Shown piece after piece: positions 26,060-39,772 of a DNA stretch of 64,000 nt (the first letter of the stretch is position 1; each line of letters opens with the position of its first letter). Location of the stretch: positions 4,402,001 through 4,466,000 of the forward strand of contig CM022671.1 of NCBI GenBank assembly GCA_012295275.1. Reading direction: 5' to 3'. Made by a program: the position numbers and the translations under genes. The notes under the pieces are model-generated. The model had not been told where the DNA came from. It made no database searches and saw only the letters and a program-made list of their open reading frames with translations. Origin of the DNA: Chrysomallon squamiferum (lineage: Eukaryota > Animalia > Mollusca).

Positions 26060-28686
26060 TTTGTATGCATCTCTCTCTGATTTTCAATCTTCCTCTCTCT
26101 TTCGCTTTCTCATAATTCTCGACAATTCTTCAACAGCCACTTATGTATGTATTATTCTACATTTTCGACAGTTGCTGTTATTTTACCCCTGCCTATACAA
26201 TTCTGGATCGGCCCCTGATCGCCCATCGCTTGCATAGTTACTATTTTGTGTTTAAAAATTCACAAACAACAGTCTTAAATGTTGTTAAATTTTGAAAGCG
26301 GTGGTTTAATTTCAGTGGGAATTCTTTGCCACGAGAAATGCAACAGCCGATAAGTTACAGTTCTGGTGTAATATTTAATATCTCTTCTGTAATTGTTTTT
26401 GTTGACTGAAATTAAATTCTCCAGCTTCTTTTAGTTCTGTGGTTAAACAGCTATCTATCTGTCTGCCTGCTTGCCTTTCTGCCTAATTGTACTTAAATAC
26501 CTTCTACCTTTCTATTTAATCTATCTATAATATATGTCTATCTATCTTATCTATCTATATATCTCTGTCGTCTGTCTGTCTGTTTTTTTCTTTCTTACTT
26601 TCTCACAAGCTGCGAGAAAAGACAAACCGATTGCGTAATGAACAGTGAGTTACAAGATCAGTTCTGCTTATGCGTCAAAACAATAAATAAATATGTTTAA
26701 CAAATTACACCACGATTTGATATTTACACTGATACATCTCACATTTATAATTTTTATATCAGTGATCCAGCTTACCTTCACCAGATGCTCTAACCACTGG
26801 TCTAGCTCACTTCTTCAGTGCACTGGTACTAATGAGAATACAGAGGCAGGATCGTGATTACGTCACGAACTAAAACTGTCTGGATCTATTTTAACACGAT
26901 TACTTGTTCTGGTTCTGAAGAATCCCTCGAACATCTCGGATGATAGAAAGTCTACGCGAAGTGCAAGATTCCAAACCATTTCTCAGATTCTACAGATCTT
27001 TTCCCTTTCGGATGTTTCCGTGTTCAAATCCCTGTTCCGTAAAAACACTTTTTTTTTTTTTTTTTTTTTTCTTGATCGCTGGTTTTTTCTTCCTTTCGTT
27101 TTCAAATCTTTTCTTCTTCTTCTTCTTTTTTTGTTTGGTTTATTTTGTTTATATGATTGTGGTGATATATGGATGTGTTTCACTCATTTTAAAATTATGA
27201 CGGCACTGAAATTTATTATTATTATTATTATTATTATTTTAAAACAGTTTGAAGATTTCGTAAATTGAATATTGGTGAAGATATATTCAGTCGTTAAAAC
27301 TGAAGTCTACTTTCAAAGTTTTGTATTTTTTATTAAATTTCAAACTGAATTCGCTTTAATAGAAATATGTTTTGTATAAAAATAAATAGTTTTCATTCTT
27401 TAGATTTTTCTAGTTTGAAAATCCTTACAAAATCTATTTACTACAACGTTTTATTGTCATGAATTTATTCCTGTTTTTATTATTACTGTTGATATTGTTA
27501 TTATTACTATTACTTTTACTATCACATTATTATTATTATTATTATGAACAATGTGCAATATCTTCATCACTTCTTGACTTTACAAGATTTATTTTAATTC
27601 TTTACCAAAAACGAATCTCTTTATCGAATTTTCTGTTCTGAAAAACACAAAAATCTTGTTGACAAGAAAAAAAGGACATTACTGAAATGGTAGTAGAAAT
27701 TCTAGTCCTAAAAGGTTTGTTGATTTGGCAGTTGTTAAGTGACCTTTGGACACTGTGGGCAGGGGCTGACCTTGGGTCATTGGTAATCAATTCTCAATGA
27801 ATGTATTTTGAACACGGAGAGATAACCGTGGGTAAGGTATGTTTGTCTCAAAATATTTTTTTCAGAGAAATTCTTTTTTTTCTTTCTTTCCCCCACGCCC
27901 CTAAAGCTAATCTCGCGTATAGGAAATATTTAGATTTGAAACGACAAGGAAATTTTTAATGTTGTTATTTATTTATTTTTAAAAATAATAAAAAATAGTA
28001 CCATTTTCTAATTATTAACTTCTATATCTGTTTCTTTTTCTGTTTCTGCCTTTATGCCTAACTTGCTACGTCTTAATAAAGCATGCTTATTTGCCTATGT
28101 TCATATTTACTTACCTGTTTTGAAAATTAATAAAATGAAATAAAATGATAAAGAGGGTAAATAATAATAAACACAATTATCAGAAGAACAAGAACATGAT
28201 TAAGATAACAATAATAATAATAATAATAATAAAGAATTATTTAAATTAATAATAAAATGAATTAAAAGAAAACTTTATTATAAACAAAAAATCAGAAAAA
28301 ATAGAAAAATAAATTAAATATGAAAGATTGTTTAAAAAGGATTATTCATAAAATATAAATAATACAGATTAAAATAATAAATTAAAGCATTAATTACAAA
28401 ATAGTAAAATAATAATAAAAAATTAAATACTATGATAGCCTATATAATTTACAAATCGGTAGAAATAAATATATTCTTTAATCAAAAAAAAAAACAAAAA
28501 ACTATTCCTTTACTTTTTCTTTTCCCCCTTCACATTCATTTAAACTTATTTTAATTCTTTAAAATAGAAGCTTTATCTTTTTAATTTTTTTTTTGTTTTT
28601 TTTCAAAACCACAAGTTTCAGTTTTCGTTTTAACGGCGTCATTTTAAAAATACAGGTCACATGATACAAAAAAAACAAATAAAAAA

Positions 28687-28727
<41 letters not shown>

Positions 28728-29195
28728 AATAAAATAAAAATAAAAAGAGATACTGTTATTGGTACATTATGACTTTTAAATTCAGCATGTTGTTCAAATA
28801 TATTAAAATTTTTGTCACTGTTAGAATTTCTGACGAAAATTGTTTTAATTTCAATGAAGTCAGTTTAAACATAAAGTCACGTGGTACACCACGGATAATA
28901 AACAGATGTAGTTGTGTGTAACGATTTTTATGTTCAATGTATTATTCAAATATATTTACATTTTTATCATGTTTTGCATAGTGAAAATTTAACATGAGAA
29001 CTGGGTTTCCGGTGACATCGTGATGGTTTCAGAAAACAACTGCGGCGCATGCGCCAAACGAATCAACTACAGCAACGACAATATTGAAAAAAAAAAAAAA
29101 AAAAAAAATGAAATGAAATAAAAGAGTTAATTAATACATTAGCAAATCAGTCAGTTAATAAGTAAATTAAAATAAATAAATAAATTATATATATG

Positions 29196-29294
<99 letters not shown>

Positions 29295-30640
29295 AATGAA
29301 AGAGAGAGAAAAACATACACCAAAAAAAAAAAAGAAAAAAAGAAAATAAAAAAAAAAAAAAAAAAAATATATATTAAAATAAACAAATCAAAACAACAAA
29401 AAAATGTATATGAAAATAAACATGATGTGATTTGATATGTTTAGATATGAAATGCTCTAGTATGTATGATACCACTTTAGTTTATTACACTCGTACTGTA
29501 TTTTAACATGCTGCCTTTGAACTGCGAAACATCACAATCCATTACATTGCATACTATCATCTATTACATTAACAGTCAAAATATTTCGAGGTATCACCAA
29601 GAACATCATAATTATTTCACACAAAACATAATAATACCTCGCTCCAACATTTCATTACAAAAATTCGTAAAGCGCCACATCTGTCTTCCATTTTGTATAT
29701 TCTGTGCTGTTTACTCTCGCCTGCGCACCGAGGTATAGTACACGAAAAAAAGGCAAATAAACACGGCTGATACAGTATGCATAACATTTTAGTTCAAATT
29801 AGCTAAAAGTGAGAAAATAACGATTTTAAATTCACCGCGTGTCAGTTCTAAATGTTTCAAACGTCGTTGTCGATATTTGCATCTATTTATTAAAATGTAG
29901 TTTGTTCAGTGTTTGAAATGAGGGGGGTTCTTGGTTAGAGCGCACGTCTAAAGTATGACAGTTATAAAATAACTGTAGAGTTTTATGGTTTGTGGTTATA
30001 TAAACATGGAGGTAAACGCACGTACATTATAAAATAACTGTAGACACATACACATTACATACATACATGTATGTACATACATATACATACACATATATAA
30101 ATATATATACATACATACACGCATGTACATACCAACAACAAATACATATCTACCATATATACAATCCATACATACATACATACATACATACATACATACA
30201 TACATACATACATACATACATACATACATACATACATACATACATACATAAAATACTGTGGATCCCAGACAAGTTGTTTAACTACTGAAATAAAGAAAAC
30301 TGCAAAATTTTGGTTCAGTCAATAAAAACAATTACAGAAGAGACATCAAATATTACACCAGAACTGTAACTTATCGGCTGTTGCATTTCTCGTGGCAAAG
30401 AATTCCCACTGAAATTAAACCATCGCTTTCAAAATTTAACAACATTTAAGATTGTTTGTCTGTGAATTTTTAAATAAAAAATAAAAATTTTGCAAGCGAT
30501 GGGCGAACAGGGTCTGATCCAGGGGTAAAGTAACAGCAACTTTCGAAAATTTAGAATACATAAATAAATGGCTATTGCAGAACTGTAACAAATTATGAGA
30601 AAGCGAAAGAGAGAGGGAAATTAGAAAACGGGGTGAGAGA
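26060..30640. repeat. Inverted duplication IR2: arms ~26060-26455 and ~30270-30640, extended outward by (CT)n and (GA)n; spacer ~3.8 kb
   Basis: The 138-bp core 26273-26410 matches the reverse complement of 30314-30451 with 4 mismatches. The flanks align but are clearly more diverged. Confidence 0.95.
26690..26812 (-). mobile_element. Possible decayed SINE 5' fragment
   Basis: The minus strand reads GAGCTAGACCAGTGGTTAGAGCA (A-box-like tRNA head) and later ATATCAAATCGTGGTG, resembling the SINE core. Confidence 0.3.
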
Positions 30641-30647
30641 GAGAGAG

Positions 30648-30820
<173 letters not shown>

Positions 30821-31529
30821 AAAGACAGATAGCTAGAAGATTTATATAAATACAATATTCACAGGGAGAAATTAACGAATTAACTATTATATATAGACAG
30901 ATAGACAGAGAGATAGATAATCAGTCAGATAGATAGAGATAGAAAGATAGACAGATAGATAGATAGAGAACACACAGAAAAAAAATTCTTATGAAATATG
31001 CACTCACTTATGAACTATGCAAAAAAAGTTAAAACTTTTACTTTATGGTGTTAAGGGAAGATTCCAAACCCAAATCTCGGTTTTAATCCTCTGCCCTCTC
31101 CCCCTCTCCTCCCCCACCCCCACCCCTTGAATCCGAATCTGGTGAGTGCGTGCAAGTCACGTACACGCTAACATGTGTTAATGTCAGTTTGGCGAAGTCT
31201 GAAGTCACACACATGTTTTCACACTCGACTTTTTTTTTTTTCAAATTTTCTGTTGACTTTATTGAATATTAGAGCGTTTAAGCCTCGCATGAGGTGCCAA
31301 CAGCTACCACGACGGCAGGACAGAGTCGTTATGAATGTGATGTCACGCACGATTTGCATATTATTGCGATGATGTCGTTAGTGTTTGCGAAAACGTGTCG
31401 TTGTTGTCCGTTTTGAGGCAGCGTGTGAAATACGTTTTGAATTTCTTTAATACTTTGGACATCATTTCTCGTGAAAGGAAAAATGTAAAAATTTGTTATT
31501 TAAAATGTGGCAGGTTGTGTCAATAATTC

Positions 31530-31561
<32 letters not shown>

Positions 31562-31646
31562 TTGTTGTTACTTCTCTCTCTACCTTTTATTGTTTTTTTT
31601 TTAGTTTCTTTTTTTTAATGGAAACTCTTGATTTAATAATAATAAT

Positions 31647-31685
<39 letters not shown>

Positions 31686-31955
31686 ATAACAACAACAAAA
31701 TAAAAGATTACTATTGTCACTGTAGTAAAAGTTTTACAAGTTAAAATTCAAAAATCTCAGTAAAAGCCTTGTAGAAATTATTATTTAAAAAATCATGTAG
31801 AAGATATGTAAATATTTATAAAATCCTTATTTAAATTAATTATTAAGTTTATTTTAATTATTGTTGATGTTATTGTTATTTTTATTATCATCATAATAGT
31901 TGTATTTCTTTTTCTTCTTCTTCTTCTTCTTGTTATTGTTTTTATTATTACTATC

Positions 31956-32017
<62 letters not shown>

Positions 32018-33114
32018 GCTTTTGTTATTATCATTTTTGCTATCAGGATTATTACTGTATTAATAACAACAACAACAACACCAACAGTAATGACAACAAC
32101 AACAACAACAACAACAGCAACAACAAGGACAACAACAACGTCAACAATAATCAAGTTCATTCTGCATTTAAAAATCATCTCTAACTTAACATTACGAGAC
32201 ATTCCACTGGACCGGACTCAGAATAAAGCATATTTACTTGTGATGTCGGATGAAAATAAATATTATTTCTGAAATAAAATCAACAACGTCTCCGGCAATC
32301 AATGTCAAGCGGAGAGGAACAGCAGACACTCAGGTTCACTAAGTTGACGTGTACTTCGTCGTCGTAGTCGTTGTTGTCGTCGTAGTTGTGCGATAAGAAA
32401 ATACCAGATGACTGATAGACGTCATACAGTAATCAAACACGACGTCATCATTTGTGAGAATGTCCGATGTGTTTGTTTTTAAAATGAATATCTACATTCT
32501 GCATTTACGTTTGATTTTGTTTGTATCGGCGCATGCGCAGAGAAGACAATGTGTGTGTGAACTTTCGTACTTGAATGTTAGTGTATTTCTGTGTATGTAT
32601 GTATGTATGTGTGTATGCGCGTGTGCATTGTATATGTAATATATTCATGCACACATACTGAATTTTGTATCAAACCATAAGCAATTTGTTTACTGTTTTT
32701 ATTTTCTTTATTTCAGATGACACAAAACAAATTGAAGAATTAGGTGAAAATCTTGAACCTTGGTGGGGGGGGGGGGGAATAAAAATCGTTTCAAAACAAT
32801 TTGGTCTGTTTATATATCATGTCACTCTCAGCTTCTTTTTGCTTACATTCTTATCGATATGTTGACCAGCGTCCATCTGCTGTCCACTTGTTTAACTATT
32901 GTCATTCCACATAGTTGTTCCGTTGACCATCAGTCCGAATTTGGTTCTTGTTTGTTTCTCTTAGATTACTAAGTTCTTTGTAGAGATCTAACACTGACCT
33001 CAGTAGAAACTATTCAACTGTTTAAATACGTTACCAAAAATATCGGGAATGGGTGTAAATTTCAGATTCCCAGAAAATGTCTGAAGCTGTTTCAAAGAAT
33101 TTTCTGGCTGCTAA

Positions 33115-33300
33115 CGGTAGCTTAGTTGTTAAAATAATAATCTGGAGCGCGGGAGGTAGTAGGATCAACTCTTCTGAGAGCGTCCATTGTGTTATTCAGT
33201 TTACTGCAAATATCCAGTGGTAGAATTATTAATTTGTTTGTATAGCATGATTGTTGCTGTTCGTGGGAAGGTGCGTAAAGAAATATTGTGCTGCTGTCTG
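33115..33300 (+). mobile_element. Decayed tRNA-derived SINE (5' half), same family as the 15.2 and 39.5 kb copies
   Basis: A-box-like GGTAGCTTAGTTG; AGGATCAACTC shared with the 39.5 kb copy; core GTGGGAAGGTGCGTA...TGCTGCTG. Confidence 0.55.
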
Positions 33301-33528
33301 ATGTAAAAAACGTTTAATAGAGAGAGAGAGAGACAGTTTGAGAGAGAGACAGACAGAGAGAGAGAGAGAGAGAGAGATCTTAAAGAGAGAGAGAAAAAAT
33401 ACAAATAAAATAGGAGAGAGAGAGAAAAGAGAGAAATAAAGAGAGAGAGAGATGATCTTTAAAATCTCTCTCTCTCTCCAGTCTCTCTCTCTCTCTCTCT
33501 CTCTCTCCCCTCTCTCTCTCTCTCGAAT

Positions 33529-33640
<112 letters not shown>

Positions 33641-34106
33641 CTCTCTATTAATGATATTTCTACCTGTCTTTCACGTTTAATGTACTTCGATTCAGTGTAT
33701 AAACAAGGATGACTGTTATGACATTGTTCTGCAAAAAACAACAAAGAAGACCGCTAATCTCTACAAACAAAATCTGGAACCGCTGACAAAAAAAAAAAAA
33801 AAAAAGATATCGGCCATTATCCACAAGAGAGATTAAAGGATTTGTCTATGGAGATTAGTGATTTACATGATCTCTGTGTGCATGCAGTATACCTGTAATC
33901 AGATGCAGCTGGCCTGGAATGGGCCAGTCACGTGTCTCATCTTTTTCAAGTTCACCGCTGTCATGATGAATTATAGGCTGGCGGGTGAATGGATTGTTTA
34001 AGCTGTTAGGTCAAAGGGCAAAGGGCAATCTAGTTTAATTGAGTAAGCTGATAATTTTGACACTATCTGTTGTTTATTTGGTAATCCAGATGCAGTAGAT
34101 TTATTT

Positions 34107-34244
<138 letters not shown>

Positions 34245-36288
34245 ATGACATTGTTAGAATAAAAAGAGTTAAGGAGAATGAGACTGACAGATTGATAGAT
34301 AGATATACAGTGAGAAAGAATTAGAGAAATACAGTCACAAAGATACATAATAAGAGAGAGCAAGAGAAAAAGACACTGAGAATTCTGGAGCAACACCGAG
34401 AAAAAAATGAGAAAGATAATATTAGAGTTCTAAAGAGATACAGAGAGAAATAAATAAAGAGAAATGCAGAGACAGATAAACAGATAGATATTCAGAATTC
34501 AAAATTAATTATCACATTTTAATGAAGACACATTTAGATATTAATACAACTATTAACTTTTAAAACGACTAAAAATAACCCACTACATTCAAACATACAA
34601 AAGATCATTTCTTTTTTTCCTATTTTTTAATTTTTAATTTTTTTTTTTTAGGTGTGGTGGAGAAGGGGTGTGTATGAGGAGGGAGTTAATTTACAGGTAA
34701 TACTTGAGGTATTTTTCAATCAATGGCTGCCAACTTCACCTGCATTACGATGATTTCTCGGTTTGACGAAGGTAGAAGCTGATTGACTGAGAAATACCTG
34801 GCCCCGGAGTCGGGAAGTTCACCTTGAAAAACAAAGGTCACGAGGGCACGAGACATTCGTGGAATGAGGGTAGAGCCAGCGTCTTTTGTTTTAAACAGCT
34901 AAAAATAGCACAATGTGGAAAAATACGATAGAGAATGTTTTGGTAAATTTAGCTTAGAATTGAAAAGTTATATCAGTAACTACTTAATCCTGTTGTTGCT
35001 GTTACATTTACTTTAAATCTACTACTATTTATTTATTTATTTTATTTTATTTATTTATTTAACATCATTATTTTATTATTGCATTATTACTGTCATTATT
35101 GTTGTTACTTTTACTTTCTTATTTATTTATTTATTTATTTTATTTATTTATTTTATTATTTTGTTAAAATTAAAATTATTGTTGACAAGTTGTTAAAAAT
35201 TATTTATTTAAAATTTATTTAAAAATTATTAAGATTATTATTAAAAAAAAAAACAACAACAATTATCAGTTAACAATTTTTTTTTTTTAAAAACGGTTAT
35301 TCTCTTCGCTGCTTTGAATTTAGAAACCAAATCAGTTAAATGCAAAAAAAATTTATAACAAAAAGTAATTTAAAAAAAAAAATGCATTAAATTTAAATAT
35401 AAATTATCTAAATTAAAAATAAATAATAAATAATAAATAAAGAAATAAAGAAATAAAGACTGAAAATTTAAATAATAAAAAACCCTCCAAAAAAACAACA
35501 CAATTACGAGACGCAAACCAACATTCACAAGAAACATTTTTTTTATTTTATTATTATTATTTTTTTTTTACTACTTTAGGAATCTTAAACATAAAAATTG
35601 TGTGTAACATTCTTAAAACTTCTAATGCACGAAGATCAACTTAAACATTTTTCAAAAAATGTAATTTTGTTTTTCTTCTTTACAGAAAGCTCAAATATCA
35701 GAGAGCTTTTAAACATTTCACGTTATGACATGGTTTTCAACACAGAACTGTCTATTATCAGACATTTACTTCTGTATGTGTGTGAAGCAATGTTAACGTT
35801 GACCTGACAACGACAACGACGTTTGAAACATACCACGCACGTAATTAAAAATCCACGCACATCTACTCTGCTTCATTGTCTGTCAATAAATGAAATTTTC
35901 AACACAAGCTAGTAGGTAAACATACACCGAAAAAGAAGAAGAAGAAAAACTTAGCGTCATTTTTCTCTTCGGAAGTGGAGTATGTAGCTATCTTGTATGG
36001 AGTTTGTCAGAGCGAAGGTTCGTAGGTTCGATACACCATAAGGTATCTTTTGTGGTGTTTAACCTTTTTTTTTTTTTTTTTTTTAAACCGTATTAGTATA
36101 TAATACTTTAAAATGAATTTATGTTAAAATAAAGAGATTAATGGCATTATTTAAGAAAAAATATTTATAAAAACTGGAAATAATAAATTGTCCGAAAAGG
36201 AATAAAGATTACTGGAGCTGAATACTGTGGTACATGAATGATGGAATGGATGAATAAAGAGACCACAAAATAAAAAATAATAATAATA

Positions 36289-36323
<35 letters not shown>

Positions 36324-36425
36324 TAAACAAAATAAAATGAATGAATAAATAAAATAAAATATTGAAGAATAGAAATATTGAAAATAATATGATAATAATA
36401 ATTTGAAATATGCCTTTCTTATATG

Positions 36426-36498
<73 letters not shown>

Positions 36499-36520
36499 GT
36501 ATATATATATATTTATATAT

Positions 36521-36631
36521 TAGGGTGAGGGTTAGGGTTAAGTTAGGGTTAACGTTTGGGTTTGGGTTAGGTTTTGGGTTTGGGTTAGAGGTTAGTGTTA
36601 GGGTTAGGGGTTGGTGTTAGGGTTAGGGGTT
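36521..36631 (+). repeat. Degenerate interstitial telomere-like (TTAGGG/TTTGGG)n tract
   Basis: TAGGGTGAGGGTTAGGGTTAAGTTAGGG...GTTAGGGTTAGGGG, following a (CTAT)n tract. Confidence 0.85.
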
Positions 36632-37457
36632 AATATAGCGATCAGTATTCTTTACAATACAAAACCAGGACAACAGATTTACCCATTTCACTGGAAATCT
36701 ACACAAGTTAATACAAACGACCACAACCCGCCTCGTATCAAAACCAGCCCCACCCTATCAACACAACCAGCCCCTCCCCCAAGTTCACTTCTGAAAGTAA
36801 AACTGGAATTTCTAACACATGAACTAACAGAGTTCGCATCCCAGCACTAATCCTGACACAGATTTGAGGGCGGGGAACCTTCAAAGAGAGGGCGGTTCCG
36901 TCTCTCCCGCAGAAACGACAACACATTTTCTGTTTTGATGCCGTCGTTGATGTCGCGGAATCTATGACAGTCGAGATGCCAGAGCTCCGACGCTTTGACG
37001 TCGTGCCAGAAACGAAGGCGTTTGTCAGACGACAACTGTGCGAAACCTTGAACCGTGGCCAACGTCGGCTTTTGTCGTTTTTTTCGACGTCAGCTTCGAC
37101 GACTGCTTCTGTTTCTGAGAGGGGCGTGGCTCGCTGGACCTGCCCGGGTGTCTCACTGTGTTGTGTGTGACAAGTGAAAAGAGAAGAGAAAAATGTGACA
37201 TGTAAATAGTAATAAGAAGATATGTATTCAGGTTATTATGGGAAAAAAATATCCTACAAAGAAAGAAAGAAAAAAGCCCCAAACAAACAAACAAACAACA
37301 ACAACAATAATTAAAAAAAAAAAAAAAAAAATAATAATAATAATACAGTAATAACTATTGTTTTGACCAACTAGCTATCTTTCAAATAATTATATTGATC
37401 AAGTTTGTAATAAATATTCTTCAAATAAAAACTGTTTTCTTCTTTCTTTCTTTCTTT

Positions 37458-37488
<31 letters not shown>

Positions 37489-39454
37489 TTATTTATTTAT
37501 TATATTTTTTATTTTTTATTTTATTTTATTTTATTTTATTTTTAGGCGTATTCATTAAGTAGAAATTAATAAATGAATTTCGTAATGATGATGATGATGT
37601 TGATGATATTCTTCAATTTCGGAAATTCGCTTTGTCTGTTTTAAAAAGTTTAATATTCCTTTAACCCGAATCAAATGACTAAAACACATTATAAAAATTA
37701 AGCCTCTAGACCCTAAAAAAAAAAAAAAAAAAAAAAAATAATTGTCCGAAACAACGTTCTGATATATTCAATCCCATAATGCAATCGTAACCCGTTTACC
37801 TTTCTCTTCCTGTTGCATTCGTATCGTTAATACTATCTAGGATAATAGGTGATTTTTTTTTTTTTGCACGATATAACGTTCTGCGGCCTCCATTTTAAAA
37901 TGTTTTAATTCGGACATGGAATCAGTTTTTGAGCAGAAAAAGAATCTGACAGTGTTCTGTTTGTTTACAAACTGCTGTGTGTCACCTTTACGTTTAATTC
38001 AAATTCTACTCGGAATACACAGTCCAACTGCTGTACGATTCCGTTGCTATGGTGAAGCTGTTGCACTCGAAAACGAGGCCGGTGACATACAACTGAGAAG
38101 ACTTTACGTTTACGTGAAAGACTGATGACGTCATTAACATGGCGACATTATTGTGCAGGCAGCTCCTGAAGACTGTCGTGTGTTGTTATGGTTACGATGC
38201 GGAATGGAATTTGTTTTCCTGTTTCCTGTGCGGATTGTTTACTGTTAAGGTCATGTAGGATAATAAAGTGATTTTATTTATTTATTTATTTATTTATTAT
38301 TTTTTTTATTTACTTATTTATTTTTTTTATTTATTCTATTTATTTATGTATTTATTTATTTATTTTTTTATTTTTTTATTTACTTATTTATTTATTTATT
38401 CTATTTATTCTATTTATTCTATTTATTTATTTATTTATTTGTTGGCTGATCAAAACAGAAGAACTAATGGCTTAAAATTAAATTTATTTAAATTGATTTC
38501 GTAATAGCGTATCAGAGCTGTTTGCCAAAACTTGAATTTTTTTTTTTCTTGTTAAGGTATACTTGTGGTGCCGTTAAGAAATATTCTAAATAGATATCAA
38601 ATACGTCTTTGTATTTTTACTTGAAACTAATCTTTACTAACAATAAAGATTTTTTTAGGTCAACAAGCAATTTGAAGGCTGATATTTTCTTTTTCTTTCT
38701 TTTCTCTCATTTTAACAACATTTATTTATATGATACAATGCATCATATTGGCAGAAAAAACAAAGGACAGTATCAGTGTTGATGTAGCAATACTTTTTTA
38801 GTAGCAAAAACTGAGGTCTAGTACGATCACTTAGTACATTATTATTGTTATTATTATTAGTAATATTATTATTGTTGTTATTGTTGTTGTTGTCGTTCTT
38901 CTTCTTCTTCTTCTTCTTATTATTATTATTATTATTTTATTTTTAGAAAACAAACAAACATTGAAAATAATATTTAATATCATTTAGATTATTTTTCAAC
39001 AAAAACTATGTAAACTCTCCTATAAACGGTTATAACTGAAGACGTCGAAGTTTCACTTTTACGAAATCTCAAATCTTTGTGGTCAACATGAAATATTCAA
39101 ACCATCTTCCTAATTCCTTACTTTCTGTCCCGCCTGTGTTTTTGTCTTTTGAAGTGGAATTCTTTCCTTAGTAAGACTCTTTCTGACGACCGTGCTAAAG
39201 AGAGGCTGTCCACGTCACGTGTTTGTCTCGTCTTAGCACGCGACTTGATCACGGAACTAGAAGACCACGAAAACAGATCATCTGAAAACAGTCTTTACAC
39301 GGACGCTTTGTTTTAAGGTTGCTCGGAGAAAAAAAAACAGGGAACTGAAGGTCTAACATCAGCCACTGGTTTATCATGAACCCTTTTTTCTTTTTTTTTT
39401 TTTTTTTTTTTTTTTTATTTAAAAAAAAAAAAAAAGAAAAAAAAAAGGAGACGG

Positions 39455-39772
39455 TGGATTGTGAATCAATGGTTACAGCCATGACTTGAAAAGTAATGGG
39501 TCACAGGATCAACTCCACATAGAGGTCTAATTGCTCTTCTAAATCAGTGCTTCAAAATGACTAGTTCATCAAATGTCATGTTATGTGTTTTCCCTACCTA
39601 TGGGAAGTTTCATATTTAAGATACTTGTTGCTGATTTGAAAAGAGTAAGGCGTATATCGATGACGGGTTTTTTCTCTAATGTTTAATATTATCCATAACG
39701 TTATGCATGGTGCCATGATAATGAGATATTAAACATGCGCTGAGTCGTTTAATAAAACGTTTATTTCTCTCT
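39455..39772 (+). mobile_element. Decayed tRNA-derived SINE, near full length
   Basis: CAGGATCAACTC, then core CCTATGGGAAGTTTCATATTTAAGATACTTGTTGCTGATTTGAAAAGAG aligning with the 15.3 kb copy, ending GTCGTTTAATAAAACGTTT. Confidence 0.6.

Noticed and set aside
26770-26782. Strong minus-strand splice donor GAAG|GTAAG
   Set aside because: It falls within a probable SINE remnant, and no upstream coding exon or acceptor was found.
33150-33175. let-7-like GAGGTAGTAGG
   Set aside because: The match stops after 11 nt, there is no complementary star arm, and it lies in a SINE head.
35985-36050. tRNA gene suggested by B-box GGTTCGATAC
   Set aside because: No cloverleaf or acceptor stem could be built; at best a decayed SINE head.
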